A stretch of DNA of 64,000 nt from Nageia nagi (taxonomy: Eukaryota; Plantae; Pinophyta), in assembly GCA_050084985.1 (NCBI GenBank), contig JBITNC010000001.1, positions 63,302,001 through 63,366,000 of the forward strand, written 5' to 3'. The notes under the pieces are model-generated. The model ran no database searches and had not been told where the DNA came from. It saw nothing but the letters and a program-made list of their open reading frames with translations. Position 1 is the stretch's first letter; every line of letters starts with the position of its first letter. The position numbers were made by a program, and so were the translations under genes. Of this stretch, positions 39,101 to 51,100 are shown in pieces.

Positions 39101-42100
39101 ATCTTTTCACACACACACACACACAGAGGATGTCAGTATCTAGGTTTACCTGAGCAACTAAATCTTGAATTGATCTCTTTCCAAGAATTAGAGTGCTGCC
39201 TTCATTTCCTTGATTGTTAGTTCCAGATGTTGGGAGTGCACTTGATGCAGGGTGACAGGCTGAGATCCTGTTGGTGTTGAAGGCCTCTGGCCTGTCAAAG
39301 GACTAACACGATGCATTTGCTGTGGCTGAAGTGACTGCTGAAGCTGTTGTTGCTGCAATTGTGATGAGTGCTGTTGTTGAGAAAGTTGTTGTGGATGTGG
39401 ATGACCTGTTGTTAGTTGTTGCTGTGAGGGTGATGGAGGTGGCTGCTGCTGTAATTGCGAGTGTTGCTGCCTCTGTTGCTGCTGAAATTGATAGGAAGGT
39501 GAAGCTGAAGAGGATAAGTTGGATTGCTGTATCTTTGACCACTGCTGGTTGTGTGCAATTGAACTTGGGACTATCGTCGAGTGGCCACTTTGAGAAAGGC
39601 TAGTCAATTGAGAGTTCATAGATCCTAAGGATGGCACTCTTGTCAGGTTTTGTGTCTGTATCTTCTGCAAAGAAAGTATAAAATTGACATTTAATTTCAA
39701 TGCATAAAAGACAACCATATTAGTATAAAAATCAAAACATTTCGTGTTTTGTTGCATATTGTTAAACTGCATATGAACTTGAAAGCACACTAATCATGAA
39801 TTCATTATTATACTGGATATCAAAATATTTCAGTATCTAGTATGCATAAGAATTAACTCTCACGTAAGTCATAGAAAACATTAAACATCAACAAATTGAA
39901 TAGAATACATGTATGACTAAACCATCAAAATACCAAGAAAATCAACAATGTTAAGACTTTAACTAGAAGTAAGATTGCATGAGTTGAAGTTCAATGTTCT
40001 CTTTTGCAAGCGCAGTCCAGAAAGAACTCTCTTCAATGCCTTGATTATAAAAAATGGTAAGACCATTAATGGGATTCAAAAAAACATTATTTGCATTTCA
40101 GAGTAATTTGACTCGCACCTTAGAATATCATTGAACAAGAATGATAGTTGCTACATGAATATATGCTGATTCTCAACAATTAGCATCAATTCACTTTTCA
40201 CCATCTAAATTTCTAGTGCATATTTCAACAAATTATGGTCACTCCCATAATATTATACACCAGGGCCAACCTCAACAATAAAAAGAAAACTTAAAATTAT
40301 TGTAGATTTGTATACTACCAACAATTATGAGGTATCATGTCAGAAGATTGTACTTAGCGATAAGTCAGTTAATTATTAAGAACCCAGGACAATTACTGGT
40401 CATGTTCGGTAGTTGTAATTATTAAATGCCACTGCAACATGTATTATGAGGCCTCCAGAACATTTAGAGTAATACAATAACAAGTAGAAGGAAAGGAAGT
40501 TTGTAAAAGCCAATTGACGGTTAAAAAGCTGAATGTCTCTGCCTCCTATTCGCACGTTACATGTAAGTGACAGATTGCAGTATTTCATCTTTTACTCTAG
40601 GCAATAACAAGAAGCATATCAACACAATTCAATTGCTGGAATTGGTCCCATACCCCAAAAGTAACAAAGGTTAGATCCACTAACCTTGCTGAAACAGGTT
40701 GAGAATATTCAAAATAGCAACACGAAAACAACTGCTTACAAGGGATTTCACTTGGCATACCAGGATGCTCACAAAATGCATTGAACAGCCTCAGCATACA
40801 TTCTAGTCCCGAAGTTACAAGTATTCAAGTATTGCAAGATTGGTCTATACATGTAGGCTGCTAATGATGGAAACTACAATTTCTCATATATCAGTTATTT
40901 TGCTTCTTGTCTACTTCAGATTCTCAGCCTGTGCTGGCAAGGTTAGGTAGCAAGTTTCACTGGTTTGTTATCCACAGAAATGTGTCTAGACAGTAGTCAT
41001 TCCAAAGTACGTTTCAGCCAATTGTGGCAGAAAATATTTTAAGCCTTTGCTTCTAACTCTATTCAAGTACAAAAGTACTCACTATAAATCGGCTCTAACC
41101 CTTAAGTAGGTGATTGGTTCCCTGACCAAATATTGCGTTCACTATTATAAAAGGTTTGTTGTATATATAATATATTATTATTAGACCTTTAAATAACAAA
41201 GATGTTGCATAATATCCCACACACAGTCTAACCTCATTTTCTTAAGGTGTAGCACTTAAGTACAAACTCTTTTAAAATTTGATATATGAATGTTTGCTAC
41301 AGTTTGGTCAAACTTGACTTTGTGTGGTCTAGGATGCCTTTTGTGTGATGCATAATGTAATGGGGTGGAGCATCTGCAACATGTGATGTAGGAGGATACA
41401 GTGGTTCATGCTGGTCACATGGTTAATTTGCTCTGGAATGCAATTGGGGCCCTTGCATTTAAATAAAATAGGCAATCTTTATATCAGATATTTTGAGTCA
41501 TTAACCATGGGTCAGTGAGGAATGTATTTTATTTTACAATGAGCTAGTCCAAGCACTTTATACATGGTTAGTTCACAGATACATTTGAATATGTGTGGGG
41601 AAAGTTGATTTCATGTTAATAATACACCCAACTTGAGGTTAGGGATAGACCCCGACCAAAGTTTGCCGATAATTCCTTATGCTTAATTCAGCACTTGCTC
41701 CCTATTAATTTCATCAAAGGGGCTCCAGGAGCTAAGTAGAAATATCATGTGACTGGGGCTCCATAGAATTATGGCAGTAGTGGACTCATTCTTGAGACAT
41801 TCTAAAATGCATAGAAGTAAGGAACTTTAATGTTGCAGACTAAATAATGGGGCATGTGTGAGAACTACGCAGTGCTCTAACATGTATAATAGTAGAAGAA
41901 ATCTGAAACCTTCCAGAACTAAGTCCTTGAGCAAGGGAAAGCAAGCATGTTTCTTTGAGCATAAAGACAATGATATTCCAACCATGCTTTGCATTCCTCC
42001 AGGTGTATTTTCTGATGTAGAACCCATTCCAGACAAAATTGGCAAGAGTAACAAAGATGAGAAAACTTGGCTGGCAGATGTTATGTATCTGGTCAGGCTT

Positions 42101-45100
42101 ACAGCCCATCAAACCGAGTTTCAAATGTCATAAAAGAAACCAACACAAATCAAACAATGGAGCACCTGAGACAACTGAGAACACCAGTAATATCATTATT
42201 ATTCATTTATGAATTCATAAATGAATTGTCATGCTTACATATGACACCATTGTGGAAAGTTAGGAAAAAGTATAACATGTTGACTGGGCCAAATCATCTT
42301 GTTAATTATCAGCAAACCGTCTTGTTATAAATACAAATAACTATACAGTATCATAGATGTAATTCTTGTAACACAATGATCGTATGATTGAAGTAATTGT
42401 TTATCTTAAATGATAAGTGAAGAACATTAATTAGTGATCAACCTGGAATTTTGCATATGTCATGAGCAAATTACCAAAGAAAATCAGCGTAGTACAGGTT
42501 TGACTGTCACATGTCATCCATCTCTGCTTTTACTATTGACAATAGTGAGGTAAGTATTGAAATAAACATGATTATCCGTTAACTAAAAATCAGGTTTCAG
42601 ATTGACTGTTATATTACTGATCTGAACGTAATAAATATATTGGCCTATTACAAAATGTTGTTTATCAGATTTATTTTTACAATTCACACTGATATGGTCA
42701 TAAATCTGCTACTTGTAGTTTGACAGCTTACATGAACAAGATTAATTCTAAATCAGCAAAGTAAGTTGACCATAGTCTGAGATTGTGCTAACTTGGTTCC
42801 ATGTGTTAGAAGATGAAGTTAATATCCATATCTCTGATGTTCTTCTGCATGGTGGTGCATGGGTGCAGTGGTTTAATGGTGTATGATGGTGTACTTGCAT
42901 GATTGTGCACCCCTGACAACCACCCCCGTTGCACCAGATGCCATGGGAGGCCACTGACCTCCCTGCCCGGCTGAAGACCATGCAAAATTTATGTCCGTAC
43001 AATGCTAATTTTAGTTGTTATTTTTACATAGCGTGCAACTATTATTAAGCACAGCTATTTTTAGGTGCTGTTAGTACTAAGCACGGTTTGCATGTAAAGC
43101 AGTTTTTTTTGGAATCATCCTATTTTTCTTATAAAAAGGGAATGATCCCTTGTCTTTGTATACGGTGAATGTTTGAGAGTAACAAAGACTGAAGCTGCCA
43201 CTTGCCCTGTGGTTTTTCCTTGCACATTGTAGAGTTTTCCACATTAAACTTTTATGGTATTTCTGGTTTAATATTTCTGTTGGTTTTGTTACAGTTTGAT
43301 TGCTGTGTCCTGACAGGATGTTACAAACATTCATTGACCGGTGATAGCTACAAATGCTATTAAGCAGTTTTTTACTGTTAGAAAAAACACGTACTTTGCT
43401 GTGAATGTCTGAACAAAACTTCATTTAAAATATCCGTTTACAACCAAAATGCTTATAAATTGTTTAGACTACAAGAATTGGAATAGCTAAATAAATGTTT
43501 TTAGAAAAAATAAAATAATATGCATCACATAAATAAATTTTACAAGTATGTCCAGATAGATTACATAGAACTAATAAAAACTTGAAGCCTCAATGGAAAG
43601 CGTACCTGAGGTGACGAGAGAGATTGTTGTGTTGATGGCGATCTTAATGTGCTTTGTGTAACACGTTGTTGTCCATAAGCATTCATTCTATTTTGTGAGG
43701 TTAGACCAAGTTGGTTCATCAGTCCAATTGTTTGCATACCTTGTAAGGCCTGCCCTGAAGAAACCGATTGCTGAAACTGAGAATTTTGCATTTGTGCTTG
43801 TTTCTGTCTTGCCTATAAGATACAATTTCATATCATCAACGTGATCATCAAGCTTTTTCAATCTGCCTGTGAAGATCACAAAATATTTATACATCTCAAA
43901 ACTTCCAAGTAGCATCGAAAAAAATTTCATTATTTGGAACTGCAACAAATGTACCATAAGTAACAAACGCTCTCTGATGTCAAATATCCATAAAATGCAT
44001 ACTGTGACCTATTGAAAACATAAATACAGAAAAGAAGGGCATCACATGCCCCATCTCTTTACAAGGAAAAATTTCCTCAAAAAGAACTACATTACAAAAA
44101 CACAGTTCAACAATGTCTCCGACTGCTTTTTGGATATAACTCGGCATCAATGGTTCTTCAATGAAAAAATCATTCAAAATATGTGCTTTAATTTTAATTT
44201 TGGATATCCTTAACAAACTTGAACTAAGCTCTGATCTGTGGAAGCTCAAAAGGCAGGGCACCCCTAAAGCTGGGATACAGAATAGCCAAAAGACCCAGGA
44301 CAGAGTGGATCCAAGTCAATGATGGAAGCCTTCACCTCTGGGAGTTGGAAAGCTTAACCCAGATGGTGCTTCTAGAGAAAATCAAGGTCAGGCTAGCAAG
44401 GAGAAAGTGGTCAAGATTCTCAGCATCTTATGGCCTTTGCCTTTGCTAATAAATTAGGCTTTCAGACAAACTCTGTCGAAGGGATGGATATCTAGAGGGG
44501 CTTAGAGGAAACTAAACGAGTAGTAAGGAGAAAGATTTGTGTAGAAGCAGATTCTCAACTCCTGATCTCATGGATTAATAAACTAATCATGCCTGTTCTG
44601 AGACATTGGTAGTTGCTAAGGATTTTATCATCAATCCATCTCCTCAAGGATTCGTTCACTGAGTGCACTGTCACCCTAATATTAAAGGAATGTAATAAGT
44701 CAGCTGATAGGTTGACTAATTAGGCCTTAGACCAACTGGACTTATGCTTGCTATGGGAAGAATCCTTAATGGTGGTCAGATGAATTTCAGTCGAGTATCA
44801 ATGATGATAAGCAGACTTCTTAGGAGGATGGCTGCCCTTGTTTTTTGCAGTCTAGATTGTAACAAGTGGCCCACATGCCAAGGTTCAGACTTGGTGAGTT
44901 CATCCGCAATAGCTTTCATGGTATCTAGGTTAAGGTTCAGACTTGGATATAGTAAGTGGTTAATAGTTTCCATGTATGTGGACTTGTATGGGGTGGTGGA
45001 CTCTAGCACTACATGTTTGGAATGGATGATTATATGACTGTAACCAAACTATTTCAGCAAAATGAATTGGATTGTTTTTTGCCACAACAAAAAATTAAGA

Positions 45101-48100
45101 ATATTGCACTCATACAAGAATGGCATGCGACTAGCTTAAGCTATGACTACCTATGGCTACAGCAAGGAAAATTGACCCAAGATTACCCCGGGTCAATATT
45201 TTCCAAAGAACAATGTTGAGAAGGTGATTGAAGTCAACTTGGAAGCAAGATTTCAAAATGGTTTAAGAACATGATATTAGCTGCTAGGTTTGATGTGAAT
45301 GCAAACATATCCAAACAACTCCTGAAGAGTATTGTTTTGAATATGTAGGGTAAAGTACTGGAGCAAGGAAATGGGACATCATGTAAGGCAATTCCCAGTG
45401 AGGAAAACTAAAGATATAGAGAAAAAAATAAACCCTAGATTAAAGTGTGGAGGAAGAAACAATAAAAGACAAGCATCTCAGAAAGAAAATGAAGACTGTC
45501 AAAGCAAGAACCCATTTCAGATTAGGATGGAGTTGGGGTATACCAATCCGAAAGGCTAATGGCAGAGTATGAGAACACCTGTGTGACTCAAGACGTCATG
45601 AATACGATAAGTGATTGAGCTGGAAAAGGGGTCATTTTGCTTGCTGTGGCAGTCATGAGAACTGGAGTTTCATACATCAGTCTGTGGTGATATGGAGGAG
45701 GACCAGAAAGGCTCACCTGGTGTGGAAGACACAACATTCTCTCATGATGACCACCCGTCTTGCTAACCCATGCCTAGTGTCACAGGTGTCGCTGATTTGA
45801 CTATGGAAAGCGTTACAATTTCCAACAAGCTGACCTTGAAGCCGATATTACTAATCACCTCCCAGGCTCTACGCATGCAAATAGGCAAGCTAGGTATTCT
45901 GGGCATGGAGGGAAAGGACACCATGGCACAAATGCAAGGATTGAAGCAAACAAGCAGGGAGTAACAGTAGCCTAAAGAACTCTAAGGTGAAAATAGGGGT
46001 GGAAATTTACTGCGCAAGAAGGGCGTTTGTGATTTTCTGAAGAAGTTTGCAGGTTATAATATGGAACTCTCGAGACAGATGGCCTCAAGCTCGAATGGAG
46101 GCAAATTACAAGCCTTCAGATATGAGTTCCTGGTGGACATAGATATCCTTGCCGAGATAACGGGCTGTAGAGAGAAAGGAAGACACATTTACCAAGCAAA
46201 TCACTCGCTGACGCTAGAGAATGAGAGAAATTCTTCAGCAAAAATGAATACCTGAGAAGGGAAGGCCTCTCGGTGGCTTGGGACTCACTCCTCCCATTTT
46301 GACAAGATGGGGTAATGGTTATTATGCAATACTTTAAACTGGACACCAATATGGCCTTAGTTTTTCCTTCCATTTCACATTTCTGAATTATTTAAGATGG
46401 GGAATGAGAATGAATATACCAGCATTCATGTTTGAGGAGCTAGCAAAATCCACCGAGGATGTGCAGACAAGAAAGCTCATTAATCCGATCCACAGATGAG
46501 GGATGGCTGGGCAGATATGATCCTGTGGAAGCCTCGCAGAGGGATGTATGTTAAAGTGGAGCAAAGAAAGAGGAAACCCAAGAAAATGTGAAAGACATTA
46601 AGGACTGCGAGCCAATGGAGCCAACACAGAAAGGGCAGGCGAGAATGTGTCTGAGAGAACATGAGTCTAAAGATCACGTATCGGCAATGAAAACATCTAC
46701 TAAGGTTTGAAAGCAAGAGAAATCGGTGATGAACGAGGCAGGACCAAAAAGGAAATATCTTCTGAGAAAAAGAACAAACACTAATTCCGCTCCACCATAG
46801 GTTGAGTTGTCCATCGAGGCGGAAGTGGAGGATGGAGGCTCGCCGAGCAACTTATAGTAAGCAAGAAAACAGAAAAGGACAAGCTCACGAGCATTCTCAA
46901 CGAGCTAACTGAAGATCACAATGAAGGTGAGAAACTACACAACTACATGATGTTGGCAGATCTTATGGCGTCAGCTGAGAGGGTGAAGCCAGACACTGAA
47001 TCAACTTCTGAAGGAAGAGCGTGCACAGATAGCGAACATTGAAGCACACATGAAGCTGACTACACATGCCAAGGGGCCAAAGAAAGGTACCTAATATGTT
47101 TGACATAATGAATATAGCAGCTAAATAAGGTGTCACATAGCTAGTCTTGATGTAAGTTTTTGAAACCTGGAGAAGGATGTCTTCAGCGTGATGTCTGCTT
47201 TGAGCCTTTAGGCTTCTGCATCTCTTTTTAAATGTACTATGGGCTAAAATGCTTATTTGACAAACTGGATGTAAAGGTTAGGGAAACCTCAAAATCCCTT
47301 TTTTTCTCTAATTTTATCAAAAAAAAAAAACCATTTCAGATTTAAAAGAAAAAGAAGAGATCGAAGATGGAGAGTTTACGAAGACCCAGAGTACTCAATT
47401 CCAGATCTACCAAAAGATGGAGAAGAGACAAATACTGTAGCAAAAATACAAGCAGAAACTATAGCAAAAATGCAGCGGAATATGTTTTAGGTGCTGCAGG
47501 AAGAAGGAGAATCAGAAAACAAAGAAGTAGCAGAGGACGAGCAGGCAGGTTTAGAAAAAGATTTTTCGGAAACTGTTGCACAAAGAAGTCAAGAAAGACT
47601 GAAGCAAAATTGCAGCATGAAGATAGCTTGGAAATAACTTTAAAAAATAATGAAGAAAAACAAGGAGCTCCCCCTATTAGGCTGACACAAAACTCAAGGA
47701 AATTGGTGGAACTCAGAAAAGACTCTAAGGACGCACATCAACATCAACAGTCAGAACAAAAGAAACAGCTAACGGATATTGCAAATAGAACTCAAAACAT
47801 TCTCGTGCAGAATGGGGGTAAGATCACCCCAAAAGAAAAGAAATGAAAGTAGCAAAAGAATGACTGAAGAACCTGAAAGATGGGATCAACATGCATGTTT
47901 TGATAAATTATTGTGTTGTATTAGGAGTAACAGTATTGCTATTTTTGAAGTTCGTATAAATCAGAATAGATAGTTTAGGCAGCTGCTAGGCTTGGTTCTG
48001 CTGCAGTTTTGCCATTTGTAATATGTAGTTTTGCTAAAGTTTTGTCTGTCCTGTGTGGCAGTCTAGCTGTAATATGATCTAATGTAAATACAAGTTTTGG

Positions 48101-51100
48101 GACCCTATTTTTAAAAATAGCCATTTATTTATCTGACTTTTTCTGGGCTTAAAAAAAAAGACAATGGCATGCAAGTAAACCACACACCACATGTTATATA
48201 CTTTATTATCTTGATCTAATGCAAATACAAGTTTTGGGACCCTATTTTTTAAAATAACCATTTATTTACCTGACTTTTTCTCGGCTTAAAAAAAAGACAA
48301 TGGCATGCAAGTAAACCACACACCACATGTTATATACTTTATTGTCTTGACTTGTGACATCCATAGGTTCATGTCAAAGTTTCAAACCCTTTGTAATCCA
48401 GGTTGACTTCAGTGACCCTGAAAACTATGTCATATGTAAATACTACTTATTAATTCTCATAGTCATTGATTTCTAATTGAAAACTTGTGTTATGTATATT
48501 CTCATATCATCAACCATGAGTCTCCACATAATTAATCTTTTCATTACAATGTTTTGCTCAACTATTAAAGATAACAAGCATTTCCTAGCAAGGAAACCAA
48601 AAAATGCTAAAAAAAAAGTGAATGATTTCTGGCAAGTCATAAAAGATGAGACTTAAATTAATGATGATTACTGCATAAATATATATATTGCTTGAAAATA
48701 GTCATGACAGATGATGGAATCTTTCCCGTTGAACCCTGAAATTTCTGATGGAGTTTAGTGAGACTAATTATTCCGGTAAATAGTTACATTTCCACTATCA
48801 GAGGATGGTCAACATGTTTAATATATACAGTTTAAGATTCTTCTCTAATCGAGCTTTTTAAGTGCACAATATTTCCATGGTTGCATTGAGACTTCAAAGA
48901 AAAGAAGTGAAATTGGTCTCTTTTCCTTCTTAGCATGAAAACATAACGCAGTTTTTTGAACATGAAAACAAAGGCAAAGTTTGTTCCTTGAGGAAAAAAC
49001 AATTCCCTAGGGACTTTGATAAGGAGGATGAACCTAAACTTCAGATCACTTAGCTACAACTCTAAAATCATCTCCAGGTCCCTGCAAATTAAGAGGTTAT
49101 CCAACAAATGCCTGAGCTTGGTATTTTGAACCATTTACCTCCAACAAGCAAGCTTATCTAAGAAAAGGAAGAATCTTGTCATGCACATATGGTTATGGAA
49201 AACCTTGTAGAAGAAGAGGAAGGAAAACAAGATCAGGACCATTTTCATAAATGAAAAATTTGAACTTTGCAAATCCTAAGATTTTCTCCAGTCACAGAGC
49301 AATCTTCCCAAATGTTGTTTGTCAGACATACATATGTGTCAATGTATCTTCCTTAAAAATGAAAATATTAAGTAGTAGTTTATAACAAAAGACAAATAAA
49401 TCAGTTACTTAATGTAGTAACCATAATCATAAAACATGCTGGGCACTGCATGGTTAACAAAACAGCAACATTTTAAAAAAAAAAAAGATTTGCAAAAGGT
49501 ATAAAACAAAAAAAGAGATGACTAAATGGATAAATTAAAGAAGAATACCATCTGAAGTAATAGAACTACAAAACAACATGCCATTGATAACAAAGAATTT
49601 ATGATTACAAAATGAAAAAAAGAAATGAGAACATTCGAGTTGCAAGCAACAGAAGATTGACAAAGAACATATATCAAAACAATGCAAGCACATGAAGTTG
49701 TTATTTACATTTATCTTTCATCTTTGCAGAACTAAGGCTATTCGAATTTATTTTATTCCTCTAGAGACATTAATAGTTTTAGCTAATATTGTTGTTGGAA
49801 TATTCTGCTTCGCTCTTGACACTGATCTATATTGTTGTGTGTTAAAATGCATATTTGGCTTAGTATCTGCATTAAATTGTTGCGAGTCATCCGAAAAAAA
49901 AAAATGTTGCGGAGTCAGTTCTGAGTGTACTGAGGTCTATTTAGATAATGGGTGCAGCAAAAGGACTTCTCACAGTTCATCCACTCCGATAATACTTTGC
50001 TTGCTTGACCAAAAGCCTTGTGGGATGGATGCCATGCACTAATGATACAAGACTAGAGCATTGATTCGGTACGCTATAAAGCAGGCCTGAAAATTGACGA
50101 CCACCACCCATGGCCATCATTCAATATATAGTTGATGGACAAAAGTTTCAAATTTCTTTTGTGATATAAACAATGTAATTAATTTAGTATATTTCTACGA
50201 GTAGATGTTACTCTATACCTCTGCAAGTGAATTTCAATATACAAATAGAAAAATTTTACACATTTGCTATTGACTTTATTGCGAATGAAGTGTTGATTGG
50301 CATATGGGTCTGAAAATCTAAAAACATATATTATGCAAGATACAAGTACAACATTTTTGGGAAGGGCCAGAAATATTTAAATACAACCTTGGGATGCTCT
50401 TGAAGCATGTCGGAAGTTCATAAATTTCAATCCTACTCAATGCAGTGAAACAAACAAAGACAAATATGATGCAAATAGAAAATGTTAAAACATACAATTT
50501 CCTTTTGCATTTATTTCAAAAAATTGAAAATGCTTGTCCCGCTGAAAGCTTGGACACAAGGGCTTCAAACCAATGTAGCAATAATCGGCGGGCAATTGTG
50601 AACTCAATGCAAGCAGTCATAACTCAACGCAAGCAACGAATAATCACCCAAGACAGGCCAGCTGAGCACCTCGCATCCAGCTGGGTGAGTTTCCTGAGAC
50701 CAGGTGGAGGCTCAAAACTTGTCGGTCACTCGCCGGGTTCGAACGAGTAACCACCTCTGTCAAAAACAGAATATGAATTGGGGGTTAAAAAGTAAAAAGT
50801 CAGTCTCATTTCACATTTTGTCTCACTTTGCTTATTTCTCACTGCTGCAAACAAATTGCCAATTGCTAGGTTTCTCATTCCAAGTGCGTTGTGATAGAGA
50901 TTTCACTCCATTATCCAGGTTTGTTATTTTTTTAACTTACTTTTAAGAATATGCAATACTTCCAAGTTTGTTTTGCTTGTATTTTTTTGCTATTTTGCCT
51001 TTTTTTCTACTTGTAGTTGTTTTGTGTTACTGCTTACAAATTGTTAACTATTTGCCTATTCAGTATTCACTTTCAATTTTTGGTAACATAGGTTCTTTTT

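Noticed and set aside
39188-39252. Programmed frameshift or compensating frameshifts restoring TAF12b
   Set aside because: No slippery heptamer is present, both lesions are -1, and a stop lies between them. Alternative splicing around them would delete the first histone-fold helix.
39303-39603. ORFs 39303-39542 (-) and 39322-39603 (+)
   Set aside because: Shadow frames of the CAG-rich TAF12b exon 3.
41700-41960. Possible Ty3 RT trace (GMCENY...ALNM)
   Set aside because: Too short and degenerate to support.
44164-44180. TSD for the 44.2-47.3 kb L1 (AAAAAATCATTCA versus AAAAAACCATTTCA)
   Set aside because: A-rich and needs a mismatch plus a gap, so it could be chance.
47367-47846. 159-aa basic ORF as a host gene
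   Set aside because: Reads as a mosaic of frames of a purine-rich decayed L1 ORF1 tail inside an intron.
49692-50042. 116-aa Cys-rich ORF and the other short ORFs in the track
   Set aside because: No recognisable domain or splice context; consistent with chance ORFs or transposon shadows in AT-rich DNA.
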